Shown: positions 38,795 through 48,242, numbered from the stretch's first letter. The stretch is DNA of 64,000 nt from Patescibacteria group bacterium (GCA_016860985.1 BOKM01000001.1:317716-381715); one strand, 5' to 3'. The notes: generated by a model not told the origin, from the sequence alone. A program made the numbers and translations.

Positions 38795-39889
38795 TCAACT
38801 TTTCTTCTCAAAACCCAGAATTGCTGCTAACTGCTTAACTAATTGAATAACAACGGCAGGTGGCAACAAACTGTAGAATTCTTGTGTTCCATCTTGTACA
38901 GTCCAAAGTTCCTTGTGTATTTCAACTTTCCCCTCTGCGTCATGCGTATAGCGACATCCGGACGTGCATTCATACTCATCTACGTACGAGAGAGCTTTTT
39001 CTTTTTCAAGAGAATTAAACAGCTCAATTTTTGGTATTCCGTATAACTTTCGCGCACGCTTCATTACTTCGATATCGGCAAGCACTCGTGATTTAATCGT
39101 TTCGATCCCTAAATGGTCGCCTTCTTTTGTTACCATACGCCCACCTTTACAATCAGGAAGATCACAAATCAGGTAGTATTCATCTTTTTCTGCATCGTAT
39201 CCAAGTTCTTTTGTTGGAAGGAGCGCAATATTTCGGGAGTTACCACATGTTAAGCAGGTGCGTCGCTGCTTCATTCGCTCGTCTAGTACCGTAATTGGAG
39301 CATTTATAAGAATAAAGACGTCGGGATCATTTCGATAATTAACGAGCTCTCTAAAATAAAGTGAATAAGAGACCTGATCCAGGTTTCGTGGAAAACCATC
39401 AATAAAAAGTGTCTTCTTCTCGTATTTTTCGATTGCTCTACGAAGCATAACCATAACTAACTCTGTAGGGACCAATTTCTCTGTAGTACGCCCGCTTAAG
39501 GCATCAAAAGCTTCATCTAAATGCATATCACCACGATAGTTAGCCTTTGCATATGCGTAAATTTCTGAATCTTTGCCACCTTCTCTATATTCGATATCTG
39601 CGGCACGAACTAAATCTCCCACACTTATATGTGTAAAAAGCTCAGTGCCGAAAATCTCTTTTAACCCATTCATGTACGTACCTTTGCCCGCTTGTTTTGG
39701 CGCAAGCCAGTAGCCAAGAAAAGTCTTTTCACGAAAATAATCACGTAAGTACTCGATTTCTGGGCCAACCTTTTCTTGATAGTATTCCCTTCTTCCCACA
39801 TATGAGTCTAAATCGTAAGTTTTCCCGTTCTTTGTTGAAGATTGCAACCAATCATAAGAGACTGAATATTCGTACCATGGTTCCTTCAT
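38795..39889 (-). CDS. adenylate kinase-like protein, extended form
   Basis: P-loop APKQAGKGT, HISVGDLVR, IDGFPRN, zinc lid CLTC...CDLPDC. Confidence 0.8.
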   Translation of the reverse strand: MKEPWYEYSVSYDWLQSSTKNGKTYDLDSYVGRREYYQEKVGPEIEYLRDYFREKTFLGYWLAPKQAGKGTYMNGLKEIFGTELFTHISVGDLVRAADIEYREGGKDSEIYAYAKANYRGDMHLDEAFDALSGRTTEKLVPTELVMVMLRRAIEKYEKKTLFIDGFPRNLDQVSYSLYFRELVNYRNDPDVFILINAPITVLDERMKQRRTCLTCGNSRNIALLPTKELGYDAEKDEYYLICDLPDCKGGRMVTKEGDHLGIETIKSRVLADIEVMKRARKLYGIPKIELFNSLEKEKALSYVDEYECTSGCRYTHDAEGKVEIHKELWTVQDGTQEFYSLLPPAVVIQLVKQLAAILGFEKKS

Positions 39890-40033
39890 GTGAAAAAGTG
39901 TGAAATTAAAGGTATTGTAGCACGAGATTTGTGATTCAGAAAAAATGCGTTACAATAACCTCCCTAATAGCCTGTCCCGAGTATAAACTACTCTGGAGAG
40001 TCAATTCGGAAGGATAAAATTAATAGAAAAGGT

Positions 40034-40342
40034 ATGCCCCTACCGGGAGCTTCAGCTGATAGACTTTCACGCTTGCGCGAAATACAACGTAATCGACCGA
40101 TGTTACTTGAACCAATGTCAAATCGAGTACACGAAATACTCGAGGAATCAGAAAGAGTTGTGATTATCGACAATATCTGGATAAGCGCGGATAACACGCA
40201 CGTAATTGCTACAGGGCAAGCGGCACACGGCACAGACAAAGGACATCTACAAGCGATACTATTTGCAGCGGGTGACCCTAAAGATGTAAAAATGACAGCA
40301 GACTCTTTGTTTTTGGTAAGGGTGTACCCAAAGACGCTTTAG
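40034..40342 (+). CDS. hypothetical protein
   Basis: 102-aa ORF. Confidence 0.45.
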   Translation: MPLPGASADRLSRLREIQRNRPMLLEPMSNRVHEILEESERVVIIDNIWISADNTHVIATGQAAHGTDKGHLQAILFAAGDPKDVKMTADSLFLVRVYPKTL

Positions 40343-40779
40343 TGTGCAATTTCTTTGATAGCTGGAGGAGCAAAACGCTCAATAAACTCTCTTGTGACTT
40401 CTTCCAAACCACCTTCTTTTGTTGAACCTGCACGTGAGATACGAACTTCTAATACATCCTTCTCCATTAAATTGCGATACAAGTATTTTTCTACAAGAAT
40501 TCGCATTCGAGATTCCCAGTTTAGCTCATCATGTTGAGTATTCACCAATACGGGGATTTTATTCTCTACACAGACGGCTATTACACCAGCGACATGTTCT
40601 TCGTTCTCTAGGTCAAAATCAACGAGTGCCATATTAATAGCAATCGAATTTTCTGCAACCATTCGAGATGCATCATCAACCGTTTGAGGTAGAAAGACTG
40701 TATTACCAGCACTTAAAAGAAGTTTTGCCGCAAGCATTGCTTCTTGTTTATTTGTATCACACACTAATATCGTTGCCAT
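40339..40779 (-). CDS. atypical single-domain response regulator (receiver-like)
   Basis: ILVCD, ALVDFDL (acceptor Asp), IPVLVNT; conserved Lys apparently replaced. Confidence 0.55.
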   Translation of the reverse strand: MATILVCDTNKQEAMLAAKLLLSAGNTVFLPQTVDDASRMVAENSIAINMALVDFDLENEEHVAGVIAVCVENKIPVLVNTQHDELNWESRMRILVEKYLYRNLMEKDVLEVRISRAGSTKEGGLEEVTREFIERFAPPAIKEIAH

Positions 40780-40839
40780 ACTCTTTATTTATGCAGGGCA
40801 GCATAATATTAGATTTTCGCCGAAGCAAAAAACAAAATA

Positions 40840-40913
40840 TGCACCCAGAGGGACTCGAACCCCCAACCCTCAGTTCCGAAGACTGATGCTCTATCCAATT
40901 GAGCTATGGATGC
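40840..40913 (-). tRNA. tRNA-Arg(UCG)
   Basis: GCATCCA...TGGGTGCA, anticodon arm TCAGT-CTTCGGA-ACTGA, GTTCGAGTC; no CCA. Confidence 0.95.
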
Positions 40914-41014
40914 AATACGGAATTATACTACAAAATCACTTTTTCTTGAATTTCCATAAAAACGCAGACTTCGGGATTGAAGACGAAATTACCTTGTTTG
41001 ATGTATACTGATAC

Positions 41015-42808
41015 ATGAAAATCACCTATCGAGTAAATAAAGACAAGGCGAGCAAGAAGCAGATACTTGAAGGTGTTCGCAAGGGTAACCAACCGACACA
41101 AGAACAAGTACAAAAGATTCGCACAGAAAAGCTTAAAAGATTTGACCCTACACGCGTTTTTCTTTCGGTTATATTGGTCTTTCTTGTCGAAATTCTTGTA
41201 CTCTACCTTGTCAACTTCCCTGTTGTTCGTTGGTCTTTAGACTATTTTAAAAATCCCGAAGGGCAGCTGCCTAAAGTCGTATATCAAACTATTAAACTTC
41301 AATTTGGCAATGAGATTTCAACCGAGACTCAAACAGAAGTTAAAAACAAACTCTCTGAACTTACATTCGAGGGTAAAAAACGTTTTGAATTTGTAACTGA
41401 AAATGCCGATGTAACACTAACCTACACGGCAGAAAAACCAGAGGGCACCTATTTGCTTGGGGAATATTACATCGTTCCTGTTGGGCATCTTTACTGGCTC
41501 AGAGACTCCATGACCAAAGGGAACTTACAGCAAGACGAAGTGTTAGTGCCTGCAGGTACCAAGACTTTATATGATGAGGTACTCAAGAAATTTGGCGAAA
41601 AAGCGCCTAAAACAAAAGAAGCTCCTGATTTACTTGCTGCCTTAAAGGGGCAAGAAAAATCGGTGGGATTCATTTCGGTAAACGACATCAATGCCCAGTA
41701 CAAGCTCCTTTCTTTGGAGGGTTCATATTTTTACGAAGATGCACCAAAAGGTGGCATTCCATACTACCTCACATTAACTGGTAATTCTGTAGTTGCTAAA
41801 AATCTTATCAAAACGAGAGCGAGTGCTGTTTTTCCTGAGTCTTTTAACGCAGACTCACTACTTTCGGTAAGAATGACTGGTGTAACTGCGATTACAAGAG
41901 GGCTTGGTATCAAAACAAATGCCTCGAAAGACCCTTCGTACGCTGCACGAAAAATTGGTGATTTTCTCAGTAAAGCAGATCTTACTCATGTATCAAACGA
42001 GATTTCAATGACAAATGGTTGTGTACCAACTGGTGGAGTTTCTTTCTGTATGGTTTCTTCTCACCTTGCTGCGCTAAAAAAGAGTGGCGTTGATATTGTC
42101 GAACTTACCGGAAATCACAATAACGACAAAGGTGCAATTTACAACGAATCTTCAATTAAAACATATAAAGGACTTGGTTGGGATTACTTTGGTGGGGGTT
42201 TAAACTCTACCGACGCAGCAAAGATTCTCTATAAAGAGTTAAAAGGTTCAAAGGTTGCGTTCGTTGGCTATAACTACTACGACACTGTATTAGGAACAGG
42301 AGCAATTGCCGGCAAAACCCGAGCAGGTGCAAACTCTTGGTCAGCCTCGAAGATAACTAAAGATGTTGATACTGCCAGAAAGAATGGTGCAGATACCGTA
42401 ATCGTTACTTTTCAGTATCAAGAGTGCTGGAGCTATACCTCCGACGGTTCAACGGTACAGCAATGCTACGGACCAATTTCATCACCAAATCAGAAAAAAG
42501 ATTTTAGGCAGGCAGTCGACGCAGGTGCTGACATTGTAATTGGTACGCAAGCGCATCAACCCCAAACCTACGAAATTTATAAAGGCAAGATTATCTTTTA
42601 TGGTTTAGGGAACCTTTATTTTGATCAAACCGAACAACTTGGTACAAGGCAAGGGCTCATCCTTACACATTACCTCTACAAAGGCGAATACTTGGGAACT
42701 CATATAACAACAACCATTTATGATGGTGACCTTCTCACATACGTCACCACAGGTTCACAACGAACTTCCCTTCTAAAATCGCTCCAAACTTGGAGACCAA
42801 AGAATTAA
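41015..42808 (+). CDS. CapA/PgsA-family metallophosphoesterase, membrane anchored
   Basis: TM, SNE, GNH, AVDAGADIVIGTQAHQPQ, YGLGNLYFDQ. Confidence 0.85.
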   Translation: MKITYRVNKDKASKKQILEGVRKGNQPTQEQVQKIRTEKLKRFDPTRVFLSVILVFLVEILVLYLVNFPVVRWSLDYFKNPEGQLPKVVYQTIKLQFGNEISTETQTEVKNKLSELTFEGKKRFEFVTENADVTLTYTAEKPEGTYLLGEYYIVPVGHLYWLRDSMTKGNLQQDEVLVPAGTKTLYDEVLKKFGEKAPKTKEAPDLLAALKGQEKSVGFISVNDINAQYKLLSLEGSYFYEDAPKGGIPYYLTLTGNSVVAKNLIKTRASAVFPESFNADSLLSVRMTGVTAITRGLGIKTNASKDPSYAARKIGDFLSKADLTHVSNEISMTNGCVPTGGVSFCMVSSHLAALKKSGVDIVELTGNHNNDKGAIYNESSIKTYKGLGWDYFGGGLNSTDAAKILYKELKGSKVAFVGYNYYDTVLGTGAIAGKTRAGANSWSASKITKDVDTARKNGADTVIVTFQYQECWSYTSDGSTVQQCYGPISSPNQKKDFRQAVDAGADIVIGTQAHQPQTYEIYKGKIIFYGLGNLYFDQTEQLGTRQGLILTHYLYKGEYLGTHITTTIYDGDLLTYVTTGSQRTSLLKSLQTWRPKN

Positions 42809-42824
42809 ATTAATACTCAGTCAT

Positions 42825-43424
42825 ATGAAATACAAACTTTTGCCACTCCCCTATGCTTACAATGCTCTTTCCCCGGTTATTTCGGAAGAAATCATGACAC
42901 TTCATCACGATAAGCATCACGCAGCCTACGTGACAGGAGCGAATGCAGCGCTAGAAAAGCTAGAGAAAAACCGCTTAGGAGAACTCCCCGAACTAGATAT
43001 AAAAGCAACACTCCGAGACTTAAGTTTCCACGTATCTGGACATCTACTTCATGAACTATTCTGGAAGTGCATGGTACCAGCTAGCGGAGCAGATATCCCT
43101 GATGTAGTAGTACAGCAACTTAACAACTCATTCGGAAGCGTGGACGCCTTTAAAAAACAATTTAGTGCCACAGCAAAAAGCGTAGAAGGATCTGGTTGGG
43201 TAGTTTTATATCAAACGCCACAAAACGAACTTCTCCTATCTAGTGTCGAAAAGCACAATCTCAACCACCTTCCTGGGTATACTCCTGTGCTCGCACTGGA
43301 TGTCTGGGAACATGCTTATTACCTTGACTACAAAAATGATCGCGGAGCATATGTCGAAAAATGGTGGGAAATTGTGAATTGGCAATATCTTGCGACCTTA
43401 CTTACCACTTCGTCACATGCTTGA
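42825..43424 (+). CDS. sod: Fe/Mn superoxide dismutase
   Basis: LPYAYNAL, HHDKHHAAY, GSGW, DVWEHAYY. Confidence 0.96.
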   Translation: MKYKLLPLPYAYNALSPVISEEIMTLHHDKHHAAYVTGANAALEKLEKNRLGELPELDIKATLRDLSFHVSGHLLHELFWKCMVPASGADIPDVVVQQLNNSFGSVDAFKKQFSATAKSVEGSGWVVLYQTPQNELLLSSVEKHNLNHLPGYTPVLALDVWEHAYYLDYKNDRGAYVEKWWEIVNWQYLATLLTTSSHA

Positions 43425-43920
43425 GGCAATCGAACTTCCCAAGAGTGTGACCTTGACATCGACTGAGCCAGGAAATACCCGTTACCTACGTGTAGAAGGC
43501 GATACACTGCAATCGTCCAGAACCCCAGATTTTGTGAAGCCACGAGCCATCGGGATTATGGTTTTCCTTGGAAAAGGTGAGCACCCAGAGTTAGTACAAT
43601 TGTTAAAAGAAAAACAGTACGACTCAGGAGTTGTACGTATTGTCGAAATGAGAGAGGGCCAACCAGTTATTATTTCATCGTATAGAGAAATCAAAGACCC
43701 TGACAATCTCTGTGTGGGTTTATATGACAAAGGAACGGAGCAGGTTACACAAACGTTTACTGCTCATATCGAACCCCAAGCCGGTGATTATGCTATTGGT
43801 ACAACCTACTATGTACCTGGCGCCACATGGAATATGCGAGAATACCGATATATTGTTAATGAAGTAACTGATATTTCTACAGCACGCGCTCAAATTCGCT
43901 TGGCAAAGGCATTTCAATAG
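43417..43920 (+). CDS. hypothetical protein
   Basis: ATG 43417 overlaps the sod 3' end; 167 aa. Confidence 0.55.
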   Translation: MLEAIELPKSVTLTSTEPGNTRYLRVEGDTLQSSRTPDFVKPRAIGIMVFLGKGEHPELVQLLKEKQYDSGVVRIVEMREGQPVIISSYREIKDPDNLCVGLYDKGTEQVTQTFTAHIEPQAGDYAIGTTYYVPGATWNMREYRYIVNEVTDISTARAQIRLAKAFQ

Positions 43921-43925
43921 CTTTT

Positions 43926-44600
43926 TTACGATACATTTTCGACTTTATACTGCCCTACCACTCCAGCCATAATGAACTGTGACACGACTGCCGCAGGCAA
44001 AATGCCAATGCAGCACGCGACAAAGCCCGCAAACGAAAGAGCTGAGCTTACTGCCATAAAGATAAAGTATCCAACAACAATGCTCCACGTATTCTGCTGC
44101 CAAACTTTTTTGTAATTTTCAATTTCAAATAAACTTGAGATAGTATTTGTTTTTGCATAGATCGCATATGCCATAAAGTAAACAAAGGGGAGCACTAAGG
44201 AGGTAAGAGTTTGGACAAGAAGAGACAAAAGTTGAATCCCCAAAGAGAACACCAATTGATACGATGAAGAGACCTCTGCAAGTATGCCCCCCAATATCGC
44301 GCCACCAAACATTACAATACTAAAGAGTAAACCAACAATCATAGAAAGCGCAAAAGTTAGCAATATCAAGGGGAGACCGTCTTTCCAGTAATTCCCTGTG
44401 ACATCTGGCAAAGTGTAATCCCCTTTTTGGATATTTCGAATCAAGGCGAGCAAATAGCCCGTCATATAAGGCACTACATAGAAAATAGGCAAGAATAAGA
44501 AGCAGGAGAGTATGTAAAGAGATAAGGTGAGCACCGTTGGCCAAAACTTTGCATCTTTGGTGTACCATGTGAGTGCTTTTGAGTAATCCATTGTTTCCAT
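43926..44600 (-). CDS. DUF4013-like membrane protein
   Basis: MDYSKAL, GYLLALIR...LPD...WKDG, four TMs, CCIG. Confidence 0.7.
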   Translation of the reverse strand: METMDYSKALTWYTKDAKFWPTVLTLSLYILSCFLFLPIFYVVPYMTGYLLALIRNIQKGDYTLPDVTGNYWKDGLPLILLTFALSMIVGLLFSIVMFGGAILGGILAEVSSSYQLVFSLGIQLLSLLVQTLTSLVLPFVYFMAYAIYAKTNTISSLFEIENYKKVWQQNTWSIVVGYFIFMAVSSALSFAGFVACCIGILPAAVVSQFIMAGVVGQYKVENVS

Positions 44601-44618
44601 TCTATGTTTTGTAAAAAT

Positions 44619-45188
44619 TTACACTGGTTCCAGTATTCTACCCGCTTTGTGTTGACAATCCAATAGTGACATTGCAGTTTTCGTACCACTTTGCGGACGA
44701 TAATAATACACAACTGCTCTAGGAGTATTCATATGGTTTTCTGCCACTCCTAAAATATGGAATACATCGTTACTGTCTACAACTTTTTGCGTTCCGCACG
44801 TTGCTGACTCCACTTGAATCGCACCACTTATATGCTCGTTTCTAAAATCAATACAGTGCGACAATCTTTTAGGATTCACATTGTAAGGAGCCACAAAGGA
44901 GTCAATATGAAATCGACACTCTCCCCCATTAATTGCTCCGACAGTAAATTTCGAAAGCCCCCTTGTAAATGTAATTCTCCCTAAAAAAGGAAGACCTTTG
45001 CTTACTGCGTAATTTACCATATTAAGGGCAGAAGCACCGGTTATGTGTATTCTTGCAGCCTCAACTACCGACGTAAGTGTAAGTTCGGGCAGAGAAGAAT
45101 ATTCAACCGACTCACCGAAAAGTGCAGCAACAACCTCACAATCAGTTGGGCAGCGATACTCAGGTGATGGTTCCGTTATCCGCGACAT
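44619..45188 (-). CDS. hypothetical protein (orphan)
   Basis: 189-aa ORF co-oriented directly downstream of the AhcY homologue. Confidence 0.55.
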   Translation of the reverse strand: MSRITEPSPEYRCPTDCEVVAALFGESVEYSSLPELTLTSVVEAARIHITGASALNMVNYAVSKGLPFLGRITFTRGLSKFTVGAINGGECRFHIDSFVAPYNVNPKRLSHCIDFRNEHISGAIQVESATCGTQKVVDSNDVFHILGVAENHMNTPRAVVYYYRPQSGTKTAMSLLDCQHKAGRILEPV

Positions 45189-45226
45189 GCTATTTTGAAT
45201 TAACAGTTCAGAGCGAGTTAAAGATC

Positions 45227-46543
45227 TTAATACTTATACTCTTCTCTCTTAAACGGTCCCTCTATTTGCACGCTCAAATATTTTGCCTGTTCCGGAGTTA
45301 GTGTCGTAAGTTTTTTTGTAATTTCAGGAAAAGAGTAACGAGCAACATCTTCATCTACCTTTCGTGGAATTTGATATATCCCCACCTTCTCAAACTCCTC
45401 CGGATGCTCTTCCACATAGAGTAAAGAAAGTATATGTGTTGTATAGGTTGTACCCATTACCGTTGGCGGATGTCCATACCCTGCATACAGGTTCAGAACA
45501 TAGCCATCACATAAAATATAGAACTGCTTGCCGTTGTAGGTATAACGCACGCAACTTTCGTTTAATCTTACCGCCTCTATACTCTTCTGATTTGAAACCC
45601 ATGCCGCGTTAACTTCTTGATTATGCTCACTCATATTCATAAGTACTGCATTATCCTTCACATCTAGGAAATCCTGCTGATCAATGGTATTGATACAACC
45701 AGTAGCAGTAACAACAATATCGCTATTTCGCAATGCAGTCTTTTTGTCTTCGATTCGATAACCTTCCATATGTGCTTGCATCGCCATTATTGGGTCAATT
45801 TCAACTATTGAAACGTGGGCCCCCATACCTCTTAACGCTTGTGCTGCGCCTTTTCCGACTTCTCCAAAGCCGAAGACAACGGCTTCGGTTCCTGCAATCT
45901 GAATATTAAGAGAACGTTGTATTCCTTCTAACATTGATTCTCTACTTCCATAAATATTGTCAAACTTTGATTTTGTAACACATCCATTGATATCAACAAC
46001 TCTGAAGTATAGTCCCGATTGATTGATAAACTCGCTAAAGTATTTATTTACACCACAGGTCGTTTGCTCAAATATTACCTTTATTTCAGGTAATATCTCT
46101 GGGTAGTTTTTATGGAGAAACATTGGGAGCTCAGCTCCATCGCTAATAATATAGCGCGGGGCAATAACTTTACCGTTACCGTCTCTAAACTGTGCTAGAT
46201 GATATGCTTCATCGTAATCTTCCTCAGTCATATGGCGATAGCCATACACAGAAATACCGTTACTCACAAGGTATGCCGCAGCCGCATCAATAGTGTAGTG
46301 TAAACTGTCAGTGACCCAACGCAAATCTGCACCAAGATCTTTTAGTAACATCGCGAAGTTTGCACATTCGTAGGTAATCACCCCTGCACCAAGGATTTTT
46401 ATCCCTTTTAATGGCTGTGTACCCATATACTTTTCGCGCACAACCCTTAATCCCGGCATTTGCTTTAAGGCTTCTTCACAATAAAGCTTTCCAGATGCTG
46501 CTAGAGAAATATCTTTAATCCAGTACCCTTCGGTCTTATCCAT
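45227..46543 (-). CDS. adenosylhomocysteinase (AhcY) homologue with altered active site
   Basis: KDISLA, MPGL, TKSKFDNIYG, GFGEVGKG, VEIDP, GHP, C-terminal GPFKREEYKY; several catalytic-pocket residues changed (see findings). Confidence 0.9.
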   Translation of the reverse strand: MDKTEGYWIKDISLAASGKLYCEEALKQMPGLRVVREKYMGTQPLKGIKILGAGVITYECANFAMLLKDLGADLRWVTDSLHYTIDAAAAYLVSNGISVYGYRHMTEEDYDEAYHLAQFRDGNGKVIAPRYIISDGAELPMFLHKNYPEILPEIKVIFEQTTCGVNKYFSEFINQSGLYFRVVDINGCVTKSKFDNIYGSRESMLEGIQRSLNIQIAGTEAVVFGFGEVGKGAAQALRGMGAHVSIVEIDPIMAMQAHMEGYRIEDKKTALRNSDIVVTATGCINTIDQQDFLDVKDNAVLMNMSEHNQEVNAAWVSNQKSIEAVRLNESCVRYTYNGKQFYILCDGYVLNLYAGYGHPPTVMGTTYTTHILSLLYVEEHPEEFEKVGIYQIPRKVDEDVARYSFPEITKKLTTLTPEQAKYLSVQIEGPFKREEYKY

Positions 46544-46619
46544 AAGTAGGTATTTTAAAATAGTACGGGATTATCTTCGTTTTCATAAACATTGTAAAGA
46601 GGGAGAGTGAACTGTGAAA

Positions 46620-46693
46620 TGGACCTGAGGGGAGTCGAACCCCTGACCCCTTCAATGCGAATGAAGTGCTCTACCAAACTGAGCTACAGGCCC
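46620..46693 (-). tRNA. tRNA-Ala(CGC)
   Basis: GGGCCTG/CAGGTCC+A with G3:U70 identity pair; anticodon arm CTTCA-TTCGCAT-TGAAG; no CCA. Confidence 0.95.
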
Positions 46694-46723
46694 GTAAAAG
46701 ACATTTCGTAATTATACAGGAAA

Positions 46724-46750
46724 CGCAGCGACCATAAAATGGCCGCTGCG
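46724..46750 (-). terminator. intrinsic terminator after the 490-aa gene
   Basis: CGCAGCGGCCAT-TTT-ATGGTCGCTGCG followed by TTT on the minus strand. Confidence 0.7.
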
Positions 46751-46769
46751 AATACCCTGCACCCGTTTG

Positions 46770-48242
46770 TTATTTGAACAACTGGCCGTATACACTATCA
46801 AACCTGATAGTTGCTGCGGTCGTGGTTTTTGGACCACCATCGAGCCCAGTATACCCTGCACTAAGCATGAACTTACCGTTCTCACCTAAAGTTTCTTCTG
46901 CAGCATCGCCGAGATCAATCCATGCAGAATCATCGTTTGCCGCTCGGTACATTGCACGATACTTGGTGTCAGTTCTCGCTAATCGCACATACACTTTATT
47001 TAATGTAATCGGTGCGCTTACCTTTTCAACTGCCTCGCCCTTTCGGTTCTTTACCACAAATACCAGTTTGGATTCAGTACCAGTAACAACCCAACGAACG
47101 GAGGCAGATTCCTTGTTCTGCGCATCGGCAGATACAAATGAGAGAGCTGCCCAACCGGTGCCTCTACCTGATACAACTGGTTTGAACATCGAGGCAACAA
47201 TGCCAAAGTTCTGCTCAACTCCGACTGTTGGAGAGTTTCTTACTACACGTGCATAAGATGTTTCTTTTGCTGTGTTCGTATCTGGTAATTTCATAACCAA
47301 ATTGTCGGCTTTTGTTTCGGTAATCGTTGAATCTTTTGATACAGCTTTTGTCCACTTCTTGGAAACAACTCCATTTGCAAAGGCATCGCTAAAGCTTGTT
47401 GCGACGGGAGACTCGTACTTTCCATCTTCCCATCTGATTGATGCCATATCTACGCGGCTAACTGCTAATGGATACTTGTCTTTTTCAATGCCATTGTTGG
47501 TGTAGATAATCAAATTTCCAGATTTTCCGAGCCCTTTGTTACAATTATCTAACTTGTCACAGAGACCAAGTTGCTGCCAGGGAGTGTCTCCCGACGTGTC
47601 CGTACCATTCTTGAAATATGCATCGTAGGTATTATCAACGCGTCTTAGCTTTAAGACAGCTGCTTTGGTAGAAATCTTTTGTGTTTTGGTAATTCTTCGC
47701 TTACCCGTTGAGTCGTTTACAAAGAAAACAATTCTATCTTCTGTTGTTGAACCACCGGTAACTTCCCAGAATAAGCCTGCGGTTTCATCATTTTCTGTGC
47801 CAGCTGAGCGGAATTGAAGCCCTGTACGAGCGCTACCTTCTCCAGTTACTGTTGGACGATATAATACGATTTCAAAGGCAAAATCGGCAAGATTTGCAAG
47901 CGTGGGCTTATATTTTAGTCCTGCCCAAGAACTTTCTTTATCTTTTGGCAACGTAATTCGAAGATTATCTGTTGAAGTAGCGGCGAATACTATTTTTGCT
48001 GAATCTCCTTTTGTAACTTTCATCGTTTCCCAAATAGTTGAATCGATTTCTCCTTCATTAAAACGATCAAGCACTCGTCGTGTGATTTTTGGTGTAAGCG
48101 ACGCAGCTTGAGGGTTAATAATATTGAAACCAGAAACTGTCGCAATCATAGCGGAAAGCGCAACGACCGCAACAAGGCTTACTCCTAACAATACTGCATT
48201 CTTAGGAAGTAGCTTTACCTTAGAGGATTTTAAAGCTGACAC
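46770..48242 (-). CDS. exported protein with two tandem concanavalin-A/LamG-like beta-sandwich domains
   Basis: N-terminal TM; internal repeat (DxF...W...DNL...LxR.D.xY.A...W..LG) twice; GTG start; TTGACT-N17-TACGCT upstream. Confidence 0.65.
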   Translation of the reverse strand: MSALKSSKVKLLPKNAVLLGVSLVAVVALSAMIATVSGFNIINPQAASLTPKITRRVLDRFNEGEIDSTIWETMKVTKGDSAKIVFAATSTDNLRITLPKDKESSWAGLKYKPTLANLADFAFEIVLYRPTVTGEGSARTGLQFRSAGTENDETAGLFWEVTGGSTTEDRIVFFVNDSTGKRRITKTQKISTKAAVLKLRRVDNTYDAYFKNGTDTSGDTPWQQLGLCDKLDNCNKGLGKSGNLIIYTNNGIEKDKYPLAVSRVDMASIRWEDGKYESPVATSFSDAFANGVVSKKWTKAVSKDSTITETKADNLVMKLPDTNTAKETSYARVVRNSPTVGVEQNFGIVASMFKPVVSGRGTGWAALSFVSADAQNKESASVRWVVTGTESKLVFVVKNRKGEAVEKVSAPITLNKVYVRLARTDTKYRAMYRAANDDSAWIDLGDAAEETLGENGKFMLSAGYTGLDGGPKTTTAATIRFDSVYGQLFK

